From Basidiobolus meristosporus CBS 931.73 (lineage: Eukaryota > Fungi > Basidiobolomycota), in contig MCFE01000195.1 in assembly GCA_002104905.1 (NCBI GenBank), positions 1 to 64,000 on the forward strand: 64,000 nucleotides of DNA, written 5' to 3'. Both the position numbers and the translations under genes were made by a program. The notes below the pieces were generated by a model. It worked only from the letters and a program-made list of their open reading frames with translations. It was not told the origin of the DNA and ran no database searches. Below, in pieces: positions 1-10,534 of this stretch (position 1 is its first letter; the number at the start of each line of letters is the position of its first letter).

Positions 1-200
1 CTAACCCTAACCCTAACCCTAACCCTAACCCTAACCCTAACCCTAACCCTAACCCTAACCCTAACCCTAACCCTAACCCTAACCCTAACCCTAACCCTAA
101 CCCTAACCCTAACCCTAACCCTAACCCTAACCCTAACCCTAACCCTAACCCTAACCCTAACCCTAACCCTAACCCTAACCCTAACCCTAACCCTAACCCT
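1..200. repeat. Telomeric repeat array (CCCTAA)n; chromosome left end (C-rich strand shown)
   Basis: Perfect CCCTAA tandem repeat from base 1 to 200 (ends ...CCCT), at the sequence terminus. Confidence 0.99.
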
Positions 201-208
201 ATATATCC

Positions 209-1984
209 TTGCCTCTGCAATCTTCCAACTCTATAACAAGAACAGTATCAAGACTCTACAGGGCAATGAGGCCCTCTTCCAGGAAGTTACCTTCAACAGA
301 ACAGCTGGCTAACATCTTCTTCTCTACAAAGCAGTACTCAACTCCTGGCTTTCATCCTGACTTCAAGACTCTGCCCATCCCACTTGCACTTGATCAAAGG
401 AGAATCCATAATGTGCTCAAGAGGCTTCCCAACTCTACTGCTCCAGGTGTGGACACAATCTCCTATGAGCTTCTGAAGACTAGTACCAAGGCCATGTCTG
501 CACTTCTGCTTCCACTGTTTCAGCAATGCTCAGCCCAGCTTTCTACTCCTGAGGAATGGTCCTTTGCAAATGTTCTGCCACTGTACAAGGGTAAAGGAAA
601 GCACCTGGATCCTAGCTCCTACAGGCCAATATCTCTGCTGCCCACCTGCAGAAAGGTGTTTGAGCTTCTGCTTGCTCAGGAGCTCTACTCTGACTCCCTC
701 AAGTTTCATCCTGCACAGTTTGGCTTTGTTCCTGGCCTCTCCTTGGAATATGCAGTCATACTTAGCCAAGATCACTCTCTCCAGTGCAAGTATCCCTCTG
801 TTCTGTTTGATATTACTAAGGCCTTTGATTCAGTTGACAGAAATCTGCTTTGGTCCAAGTTGCAATGCTTCTCCAGTACCTCTCTCACCCTCCTTGTCAG
901 GTCTCTGTTTCTGGATCCACAAGCAAGAATTCTGCACCCAAGTGAGCAATCAGCTGTGTTCTCAGTTCCTAATGGAGTGGTTCAAGGCTCTGTGCTTGGT
1001 CCTATACTGTTTGCCATCTTCCTGAATGATTTCCCAAGACTCTCAGCTGACTGCCTGGTTACTCTCTTTGCTGATGACATCAGAATATCCTCCTCCAATG
1101 TGCAACAAGACTCCCAGACCATCCACCAGTATCTGCAGAAGAATAATCTCCAGCTTTCCATTGCAAAGACAGTACCTTTGGGCTCTCCCATCAACTTGGA
1201 GAACTCCACTCTACCTGCTCAGGTTTCTGCTACATATCTTGGCTTTCCTTTCCTTCCTACTGGACTAGACTCTGGAGCACACCTGAAGAAGAGAATTATC
1301 CTGGCAAGACAGGCACTCCACAAGCTACTGGCTGTTACTCCTCCTACAACTTCAGCTCCCAGCTGCCTCCTTCTACTCAAGCAGTTTGTCTTCCCTGTCC
1401 TGGAATTTGGCTTACCACTTCTCTCTCTTACTTCTAGAGACTGCACTAAGCTTGACAAGTTTGCAGTATGGTGCATTACCTCCTTGGTGCCTCATTTGCC
1501 TGAATGCCCCTACAGACATGCTATTCTTGGTGCTTTTGGGTTTATGCCCTATAAGATCAGACTTCTCTACCTTAGAACCAGATTATACCTCAGACTTCAC
1601 AACTGCAACAACCCACTGATTAAGGCCTGGAAGAGAACACACCACACAACACCTGGCTCCTGCTGGAGAACTATACTTGGAGATCCTGAAGTCAAGAAGT
1701 TTGCTCACTATATTCTGCAGTCAGAAAAACCCAAGCTGGCCTACCTGAAGTACTTGACAGACCTTTGGCAGCAATATCTGCAGCAGCACACTCCCTTTAT
1801 GATGAATATCAATCCTTATCACATTCCCCTCATTAATGTTGTTCACAAGTCATTCTTACCTCTCTTGCTACCCCCCTTCCCACTGAACAGTGTCTTGAGC
1901 ACTGAAGAACTATCATCACTTCTTATTAACTTACCTACAAATTCCCCTCAGCTACACACTCTTGTATCAAAGCTACAACAGTAG
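209..1984 (+). CDS. Non-LTR (LINE-type) reverse transcriptase, no endonuclease domain, probably 5'-truncated at the telomere
   Basis: RT motifs in order: domain 0 (LKRLPNSTAPGVDTISYELLK), WSFANVLPLYKGKG..DPSSYRPISLLPTCRKVFE, QFGF, LFDITKAFDSVDR, GVVQGSVLGPILFAIFLND, catalytic LFADD, YLGF. The frame is open back to the TAA inside the telomere repeat (194-196). First ATG is at 266. Confidence 0.93.
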   Translation: MPLQSSNSITRTVSRLYRAMRPSSRKLPSTEQLANIFFSTKQYSTPGFHPDFKTLPIPLALDQRRIHNVLKRLPNSTAPGVDTISYELLKTSTKAMSALLLPLFQQCSAQLSTPEEWSFANVLPLYKGKGKHLDPSSYRPISLLPTCRKVFELLLAQELYSDSLKFHPAQFGFVPGLSLEYAVILSQDHSLQCKYPSVLFDITKAFDSVDRNLLWSKLQCFSSTSLTLLVRSLFLDPQARILHPSEQSAVFSVPNGVVQGSVLGPILFAIFLNDFPRLSADCLVTLFADDIRISSSNVQQDSQTIHQYLQKNNLQLSIAKTVPLGSPINLENSTLPAQVSATYLGFPFLPTGLDSGAHLKKRIILARQALHKLLAVTPPTTSAPSCLLLLKQFVFPVLEFGLPLLSLTSRDCTKLDKFAVWCITSLVPHLPECPYRHAILGAFGFMPYKIRLLYLRTRLYLRLHNCNNPLIKAWKRTHHTTPGSCWRTILGDPEVKKFAHYILQSEKPKLAYLKYLTDLWQQYLQQHTPFMMNINPYHIPLINVVHKSFLPLLLPPFPLNSVLSTEELSSLLINLPTNSPQLHTLVSKLQQ

Positions 1985-2043
1985 CGCTGGCTTCTTTGTT
2001 TCAACTGAAATAAAGATTTCACCTGTTGGTGACTGTCTCCCCC

Positions 2044-2067
2044 CCCTAACCCTAAACCTAACCCTAA
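2044..2067. repeat. Internal telomere-like tract CCCTAA CCCTAA ACCTAA CCCTAA
   Basis: Four repeat units (one degenerate) immediately after the 3' motif of the first retroelement unit. Confidence 0.9.
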
Positions 2068-2281
2068 AATTATATCTCTCAAGCTTATCTACTTCACTCC
2101 CCCATGAACCTGAACTCCAGTGTACTCTGGGATACTGCCTTAACTTTAGCTTAGATTTATTCATATTCAACTTAGTGTTTACTTTGGGAATCTTCTATTC
2201 CCAGCTGGCTTCTTTATTTGTAGTTAGACTTGTCTGAAATCAAATAAAGATTTCACCTACCTTGGTGACTTTCCCTCCCCT

Positions 2282-2731
2282 GAGACTTCACCACTGCAAC
2301 AACCCACTAATCAAGGCCTGGAAGAGAACACACCACACTACACCTGGCTCCTGCTGGAGAACTATACTTGGAGATCCTGAAGTCAAGAAGTTTGCTCAAT
2401 ATATTCTGCAGTCAGAAAAACCAAGCTGGCTTACCTTAAGTACTTGACAGACCTTTGGCAGCAATATCTGCAGCAGCACACTCCCTTTATGATGAATATC
2501 AATCCTTATCACATTCCCCTCATTAATGTTGTTCACAAGTCATTCTTACCTCTCTTGCTACCCCCCTTCCCACTGAACAGTGTCTTGAGCACTGAAGAAC
2601 TATCATCACTTCTTATTAACTTACCTACAAACTCCCCTCAGCTACACACTCTTGTATCAAAGCTACAACAGTAGTGCTGGTTTCTTTGTTTCAACTGAAA
2701 TAAAGATTTCACCTGTTGGTGACTGTCTCCC
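2282..2731 (+). pseudogene. 5'-truncated, frameshifted second copy of the RT C-terminus plus 3' UTR
   Basis: Aligns to ~1591-2040 with about a dozen substitutions and a 1-bp deletion (AAAAACCCAAG vs AAAAACCAAG). ORF-track peptides 2262-2447 and 2444-2674 reproduce the RT C-terminus. Confidence 0.93.
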
Positions 2732-4439
2732 TTTGACTCAGCATCTGTGTTTCAGATGAAATGATGATTTTACTTGATGATAACTGTCTCCCCCCTAACA
2801 CATTAGCAGTCATTCTCTCTTGTGAAACCATTCATATAAAATTTATCATTAAATATAATTTATTACTATTGTAAAAGGGACTTATATCCATGCTAGCTTC
2901 TTTGTTTGTTTTAGTGCAGGCTGCAGACAGAGGTATCATCACCATCTGTTGACTTTTCCTCCTGCTAAGTGTAGCCTAGATCCAAGAACACCTAGATATT
3001 TTCATTAACCTAATAAATCCTATGCCTTGGTTTCATACTTGGTCAATCCTTTAGTTTGTAGCAGAAAAAGTGCCAACAATTTGTGGGTAACACAGAACAC
3101 AATGCACCAGAGCTCCCCCCCAAATAATTATAGCTTTTGGGTGCATTAATCCAGATTCCAAATGGGAACTGTCCATTGGTAGCAATTATTGGTTCATGAT
3201 TATGTATTAATGTTTGTATTGTTTGGGTTAACTCATGATAGCTAAACTGCTATAATCATGTATAACCTTGATTATTTGTTTGCTCTGAAAAGGATGCACC
3301 TACACAGTTGTGCCAATAATAGATTACTGCTTCAAAGTAATTGATCCGAGTTGGTGATGAATTTATTCAAAAATATTTACTCAACAGGTTCCACCACTCA
3401 GCTTCTCAACTTTGAGACCTAACTTTCCAGGGAAAATATCTCTCCAACCTGGCTTTCTAGGAGCAACTTCATATTCCCCTGGCTTCTTTTGATACTTGTC
3501 CTAAGTAAAAAAAGATTTTGCCTGCTGGTGACTTTCATCCTAATTTTGAATTATTGAAATAAAAATTTCACCTGTTAGTGATTGTCACCTTCCCCCTAAC
3601 TATAGGCTTTAAGCACTACATATGTTATCCAATTCAACAAACTTCCTGGTCGACTATTCCTTGACTATGTGAATTTTATTATATATAGTAGACTATGTTT
3701 GACTGAAAGTTTTCTTCAGTTGAGGTCGTAGTTCACGTATGCGCCCTACTTTGATAATTCACATATGATATGCTTGATGGTACGTTGGCTATAACTGCAC
3801 ACATTATACCTCCACACAATAATAAACCTTCCACATAAGAGCTACATTCTAAGTTATACAGCGTGTCTGTGTGTCATCATGCATCAGTAGTGCATAGCCA
3901 TCTACTTTTCGTGCCACAGTACAAGCTCGTAACGAAGTAGTCATGCAATGCTTTGGATGCTAGTGTATGTAAAAAGCGTATACCTGAATGGCGCTTCTGT
4001 GCCGTTGGATGTTTATCTAATTCGACAACGCGGATCTAGATAGGTCAGCAAGCCTATTCCGGATGAAGCAACATTACTGTAGCCAACCTAGCAGCTGCAT
4101 TCCCTAAATCACTCATTCTTTTCGTAATCTTACCAAGTCGGTTTGGCAGAAATTGCTCGGATTTGGCGCACAGCCATTTGCGGGAGATTTTATCCAGGAT
4201 TTTGCCAACATCCTCCGCATTTTATCATTGCGCAACTATATCACAACCATGATGATACAAAGGCTAGCGGAGAATTTAATGAAAACGCATGGTCGTACCC
4301 CGTCTACCGAAGTCTACATCCTGCTAGAAAAATATATAAGGCATTGCTCAGTCAGCTAATAGCCCACAGCATTGATTTCTCTTCTCCCACTTTAATTCAC
4401 ATCACATCTACCTTTATCTAACCTGGTTCATTCAAGATC

Positions 4440-5777
4440 ATGATTGGCCTTCGAGCGGAAAATTGGACATTACTCCAACGAATCTATTACCCTTTGACTC
4501 TGGGGTGGAATGTATTTTTGTTAGTAACGACATTACTATTCTTGGCTCATCGCAGCTCACCCATTATCCGGTACCGGGGAACCTTTCTCTCGATTTGCAT
4601 GGTTATTGCCAATTCGTTGGTGGTCACCCTTTACTTAGGAAGAGAGCCCACATTTGACAAATTCCCATGCTTTGTCAGCTTATGGGTTTCATCGATTGGA
4701 ATCCCATTATGGCTCACGTGTGTCTTGGGGCGATTTTTGAGACTGATCTTTCTCTATCGTTTCAATCAGGCTCAACTAACCTCAGTATCGACCACATTCG
4801 GTAGCAATAGTGGCGGTACGAACCTTATCAGACGCTACAGCTTTACGTGTGAAGAAAAGAGCATCAAGCCATCCACACTAAGATCCCAAGAAGACTGGTA
4901 CATCAGGCACAGAGGAATCTTCACCAACAGATTCATTTTGAAGCTGGTGTTGGGATGTCTAGCACTGCAGCTCCTTCCCACATTGGTGATTCAGTATTAC
5001 TCCCAAAATTTTGCCCTGTACCCACAGGTACAGACCGGAAATTGTGTCACCGGCTGGGAATTCATTCCGGTTTACACCACCTCGCTGATCTATGTCTTCA
5101 TCCTCTGCCCCATCATGATTATTCAGCTGCATGGCTTCAACGATGTGTACGGTATTAAGCATGAGTTGATGAGTGATTTTGTAGTTGGATCCATAGCATT
5201 CTTGCTGTATGCTATTTTTGCCGTCTCACCGAGTCTCAAGAACGTCATCAAAGTCTTCCCTGCGGCACATTGGAGTGTGCTGGCACTAATGGTCTCCCAT
5301 ATCTTTTCCATAGTCATCCCCACCATTCAGGCCATCCGCTCCTCAACGGAGGAAGAGCTGAACGACAACAACCCCGAGTTTGAGTGCATCTTAGAGGACC
5401 CAGAGAAATTCGAGGTATTCCAGAAGTTCTGCGTGAGTAATTTCACGGTAGAAACCACTAGATTTTATGAGAGATGCATCAAGTTCCGCACTAGAGCAGA
5501 GCGCATGAATCTTGACCAAAAAACCGACAAAACCCTGATCCTCGACGGGGAGCTTATCACCGAGATTCAATCGATATACGAGATGTTCATTGCACCCAGC
5601 GCCGCTTTCCCAATTCAGATTGATCGTGCTACAGCACGCCAGATAGCGAAAGATATTTTCTCGGGCACCATTACCCTTGAAATATTTGACCTGGCTGTTT
5701 ACGAAGTCCGTCAACAAATGCTAAGCATGTCCTTTTCACAATTCAGCAGCCTTAATGCTTCTCAATCATCGAGCTGA
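4440..5777 (+). CDS. Multi-pass membrane protein with C-terminal RGS domain (7TM-RGS / GprK-like)
   Basis: About seven hydrophobic segments followed by RGS-like motifs (FEVFQKFCVSNFTVETTRFYE; IYEMFIAPSAAFPIQID); 445-aa intronless ORF. Confidence 0.8.
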   Translation: MIGLRAENWTLLQRIYYPLTLGWNVFLLVTTLLFLAHRSSPIIRYRGTFLSICMVIANSLVVTLYLGREPTFDKFPCFVSLWVSSIGIPLWLTCVLGRFLRLIFLYRFNQAQLTSVSTTFGSNSGGTNLIRRYSFTCEEKSIKPSTLRSQEDWYIRHRGIFTNRFILKLVLGCLALQLLPTLVIQYYSQNFALYPQVQTGNCVTGWEFIPVYTTSLIYVFILCPIMIIQLHGFNDVYGIKHELMSDFVVGSIAFLLYAIFAVSPSLKNVIKVFPAAHWSVLALMVSHIFSIVIPTIQAIRSSTEEELNDNNPEFECILEDPEKFEVFQKFCVSNFTVETTRFYERCIKFRTRAERMNLDQKTDKTLILDGELITEIQSIYEMFIAPSAAFPIQIDRATARQIAKDIFSGTITLEIFDLAVYEVRQQMLSMSFSQFSSLNASQSSS

Positions 5778-6727
5778 GCTGCTAATATGGTGTACCCTCC
5801 ATAGACCCACTGTAGACAAATACGTTGCATCCGTAATGAGTGTGCCCGCACTGAACCAAATTTGTACTTACTTAGATATTAACTCCTTATGTCCAACCTA
5901 TCTATATCCTGAATCATCGTAGAACTCTGGTGAATCCCCTTTACTCTGCTTTCATTTATATGGAATAACCTTTATTTAAAATCTAATAAAAATGAAGACT
6001 TATGTCACTTGAACCCGTATCACTCGGTAACGACTGTCCCTATACACTGTTCTAGATCCAAGTAGCAGGCCAGGTCCGACTAGAGATTTCAGCGCCTCCA
6101 ACGATTTGGGCATCTTCCAGTGATAAGCATAATTGTGATGTAAGACTGTATTCGCCAATGAGTACTGCGTACCACCTGTTTTGGGAGCCAAGTATAGACC
6201 TTGGATATGTGGTGTCCACGGGCCTGATATCCTCAAGAATTTATTCTCAGTTCAGCAGGTAGGCACAGATGTATATTTGTCTCTTCACCAACGTTCTAGT
6301 CGAAACAGCGATAAGAAAGATCAGTCATAGTACAGAATAAGCCGCATCAGCGTGAAAAATAGGTAAATCAATAATATACAAATATAAGTTGAAGCTCATG
6401 GGTCCTGGAAGTAGATGTGGTATGCTCCAGAAAAATCAAATAAAATGTACGAGTGGCTTTGAGAGAGTAAAAATTTTAAAGCCGTATTAACAATGAAAAT
6501 AAAGTAGTTCGAATTGAGGAGAAAACCATCGGCTAGTGATTACAGCTATCATGTGTATCTGTGGAAGGCACTGTCAGGCCTTGTCGAACTTGCTGCATCT
6601 GTGTTCGATGGAATAGCTCCACTTGAAGTACTAATAGGTGCCATCGTATAAAGTGATTGTCCATAATGATTTATATGAGATGTCGGTGGTAGAACATGCC
6701 CATTGGCATTTGGATTGCTGTTACCCT

Positions 6728-8425
6728 CTATGCCGTATATTGGAGGTTGCTCAAACTCGCGGAAATTGAAGCTCTAATATATGTATCGGGTCTTGTTAGT
6801 ATTGACTCGGAATGAGTACATTCGTTACTTACTTGATTCAATGAGATTGTCTCGTTTATATGGCTCATACTTGACGGTGAGTAATCGCTAGACACATGAC
6901 TCTGATAGCCACCTGCTCCACTATTTTGGTTGACTGCGGAAGAGTTGTTCGGATCAATTGATGGACTAACGATGTTTGGGTTGTTATCCAAGTCCTCTCG
7001 CAGATCTCTCGAATACGAGCTCTCTTGTTTCATATCCAAGCCATTATGGAGCATATAAGGGTGGCTGGAATATGGTATGGGCGGTGGGGTCACTGATGTA
7101 TTATTGGAATGGGTAGCATCAATACTACTAACAGCACCATCTGATCGACGATGGATATTATACGGGATTGAATAGGGATCGGCAAGCGAGTGGCGTCTTA
7201 AGAATAGCTGACGGCGTTGAGGTCCGAACTGTGAAGTACTCTGATAGTTCGCTTCTAAAACATAAAGATAATTGGTATGATGCTTTGTAAGAATAGAACT
7301 TCACTAAATACTCTACCAGAGGATCCATGATTTGCGAAACTTGGATTCAGAGCATGTTGATTGATCTGGCCCTGCTCAGAATACTGTCCAACAGCGGAAG
7401 GGATGCTAAATCCGGCTTGTGGGTTATTGAGCATCCGATTCTCCATGGAATTCAAATCCTGGGAATAAAAGCGGCTCCGTGATAGCTGCGCATTGTAGGA
7501 TTGCGGTGAGATTTGATCAGGGTAATTTGGAGGGAAAACGGTGGCCCCGTGGCCATCCAGTTGTGGATATGGTGATAGGCCCTGTGGGAAGCAACCTGGG
7601 TATGCCTCAAAGCTGTTGGTGTTACTGGGCCCGGAACTGTTGGTTGTATACTTTCCGATAATCTTTCGAAGGGCGCTGGGGAGGACTTTCCAAGGAAAAA
7701 CTTTGACATCTTTCTCAATATTTCTAGGCTTCGGATTGGGAAATGACATTATAAGCTTAAAAAACTCGGTAGAATCAGCTTTGCATTTTGAAACTGTAAT
7801 GGGGCGAAAACCTTCCAAATTTCGTCGAATTCGGTTTTTTTCTTCCACTGAAAATCTCACGGCAATCAGTGACTCCAGTAGATATATACAATCAACACTT
7901 GTGATGTAATAGTCATCCTTCTCTTCCCAGTATATACATGATACACAGATACTGTTGGGTGCTCTGTCCGATGGTGATACAGCATTGAAGCCACAATGGA
8001 TGACATTATTTTCGTGTTTTCTCCAAAACTGCACAAGTCTTCTTTTGACATCTTTTTCTTCAGCGGTCCTGTTAATGCACACAACAAGTATGATTTAGCA
8101 TGGTCAGCAAAAGTTTGTATACGCAATTGCTGTTACTCTACCACTTCATGGTCATATCTTCAATGGAACCATTCAATTTAAGGGAAACCTTATTCATCAA
8201 CGAAGCGTACGCGTTACACGACATGAGTGGTAATGCTCCAACCTGCGGGTTGGGTACCGGATATTCTTCCTGAATGGTGGAGTTGGGAAGGTAGCAGGCC
8301 GATGAGTTCTGCATTGATACAGGTGTCAATGGTGGAGTAACTGCGTGACTGGCTCCGCTAGCAGAGAACGGCGGAGAATAGAAATTTCTGAGATGATGTG
8401 AGTGGGTTTGATGTGGAGAAAGCAT
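6728..8425 (-). CDS. medA: MedA/Medusa (Ren1/ACON-3)-like transcriptional regulator, spliced
   Basis: Signature RRLVQFWR...ITSVDCIYLLESLIAVRFSVEEKNRIRRNLEGFRPITVSKCK...PNPKPRNIEKDVKVFPWK. A GT-AG intron at ~8141-8070 joins ...DMTMKW|TAEEK.... The 3' exon structure is approximate. Confidence 0.85.
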
Positions 8426-10534
8426 TAATACTATCAAGAATATACAAAAAAAGAAATGGAAGGGAGAACTCTAGAAAGGAATCAAAGGCTACAGTAATAT
8501 TGGGGATTGAAATTGCTGGAGGTATTCAAATGTGAAAGTAACTTCAGGCTCAAACAAGGATACAAAGAATGGGAGTGAAAGATGGTAAGTTGAAATCAGC
8601 AAGAAGGCCTACTTCGAGCAAAGAAGGATTTTAATAACTCAAAGAAAACAAACCGGTATGTCAACTGGTGGGAAACCGGAGGTGTATTTTGAATAGGTTA
8701 AGTCACACGAGGAAATATTGGAACGATGATTTAACGGGGACTGCTTTATTTCTTATAACTGTCAGAGCTCGTACCAGATATGGTAACGTCAATTTCCAAA
8801 AGTAAAAGAGAATCCAATAAGTATAATCGCATGAGCATACTGATCCCGGCCATATACAATCGAATCAATTAGGATATCCAGTTGTTTCAGATTCTCTGAC
8901 TTGCATTGAGAGTCCAGGGTTGATTCAAATTATGTTTCTCATTATAGTAGGTTATGATCCCCAATCTACGACCCAAAGCTACCCTGACAACAGATATTTG
9001 TATAGATTCTATTTTAGGCCGGCAGCATGTCTCTGCGCATACCACTCTGACCATTCTTTCCAAGATCCACACTACTTTCGTGTTCCAAATGAGTTGGGCA
9101 CAATGAGTCACCAGATTGGATTTACCAAAGCATAGAATCATATGAATCTCGCTTGCCGCCACCTCAAGACCACTAGCAGCTCAATCTGTGAAAAATTTTC
9201 CTCGTGACAACTCAAATCCCTCCCTATTCCCTCAGTTTTTGGCAAAATTTAAAATCGTGCCAAGATGATTTGATGAGGCTCATGATATTCCATACCAAAA
9301 GCTCGCTATTGTCTCAAGTTCAAAGGATCCTCCTAAAACCTATGCCAACACCAATCACAGACATCAGCCTGGCTATGGGCTTCACCATAGGCGCCCCATT
9401 ACGATACTATTGACTGGCTAGAATTGGGAGGGCGACTACGGAGCAGAGCTAGGCTTACCGTGAACACCGATTGGCATCACCCACATCAAGCATGGGTTGC
9501 GAGGCATTTCCGCCTTGCCCCAACCACCTGACTGATGAAGAGGTGGAGATACTGTGTGGATGTGGGATGGTTCTGCTGCCTGCTCTGGAGAGCAGTCCGT
9601 TTTGTGCTGAGTCACGTACGCTCGCGATCCCCAGCCCCAATGAAAACGGGCCTCTGAGCTATATTAAATACCGATATGATCGATGCGGCAGATGAATTCA
9701 TGCAGGTAGTAATCATATATGAATGAGCGCATGATACCTATTATGAGTCGAGGCTTGTTGGGCTGAAGTCAGGTCGCCTGTTAGGGGTTGATTTGTTTGG
9801 TTGTGCAAGGATTTAGATGTCCTTATTTTTAGGAGACCCAAATTTACTGAATGGCAAAGCACAATTGGGCGGTGGTCCACAAATTGGTTGAGAGCGTTTT
9901 GCATCACAGGGTCACCTCCTGGCTATGCTGCTGAAAAGCCTATTATGGAGCTACGAATGGCGGGCTTCGATCGCGATACCGTATTTGCTGCTGGAACATC
10001 CAGTGGTGAAATACTTGGATCTAGGATCCATCTTATCCCACCATCAGGAGTAACAATCCATGGTGTGAATAATGACCCATCGTTCCAGATGCAAGACTTA
10101 CGTTGCAATGACCAAACAATAGAATCATCCTTATTCAACCGTTCTTTCCAGTTGGTTTGCTGTAAATGCTCAGGATACGCACCGGAATTTTGCTGATCCT
10201 AAGTGCCGCTTATTGATCACCACTGTCGCTCACTACAGCACATGATGGAAGCGCAGATATAGGTGATGACGACGGTTACACACAGCCACCCTTTGCTATC
10301 ACGATTGAACATAATCTTTCTGTCACGAGGTGCTCAGGCAAATCCAATATCCCAGCGTTTGAGCATTCATCCGAAGGGTCCTGGTTTTTGAAGCCTTTCA
10401 TTCTGTTGGCGTACATGGTGCACTTGGTAGCTGATGATGCTCACGAAGGGCTTTATTGCTTCCATGGATCACAGATCGTATGGATTCGAAGAATGATGGG
10501 CTCTAAAATGAATGCTAAACAGTGACCCAAAAAC

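Larger units (their letters stand above)
201..3600 (+). mobile_element. Head-to-tail array of telomere-associated retroelement units sharing a 3'-terminal motif
   Basis: The motif AAATAAAGATTTCACCTGTTGGTGACTGTCTCCCC(TAA) and variants recur in one orientation at ~2008, 2242, 2698, 2758, 3507 and 3557. The RT 3' half is duplicated at 2282-2731. The region is CpG-depleted. Confidence 0.8.

Noticed and set aside
209-1984. RT as telomerase (TERT), Penelope-like RT or group II intron maturase
   Set aside because: Motifs (APGxD domain 0, YRPISLL, KAFDSV, QGSVLGP, FADD) are LINE-type; no TERT T/CP motifs, GIY-YIG domain or intron RNA context recognised
2000-2800. Hammerhead ribozyme in the repeated 3' module
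   Set aside because: No CUGAnGA...GAAA core with proper stems found by eye on either strand; an Infernal search would be needed to exclude it fully
2008-3600. CRISPR-like array
   Set aside because: Spacing is highly irregular (about 50-750 bp), the repeats are degenerate, the context is eukaryotic and there are no cas genes
8887-10520. Possible decayed gene (several short + strand ORFs)
   Set aside because: Frames are broken by stops and I could recognise no family or consistent splice model
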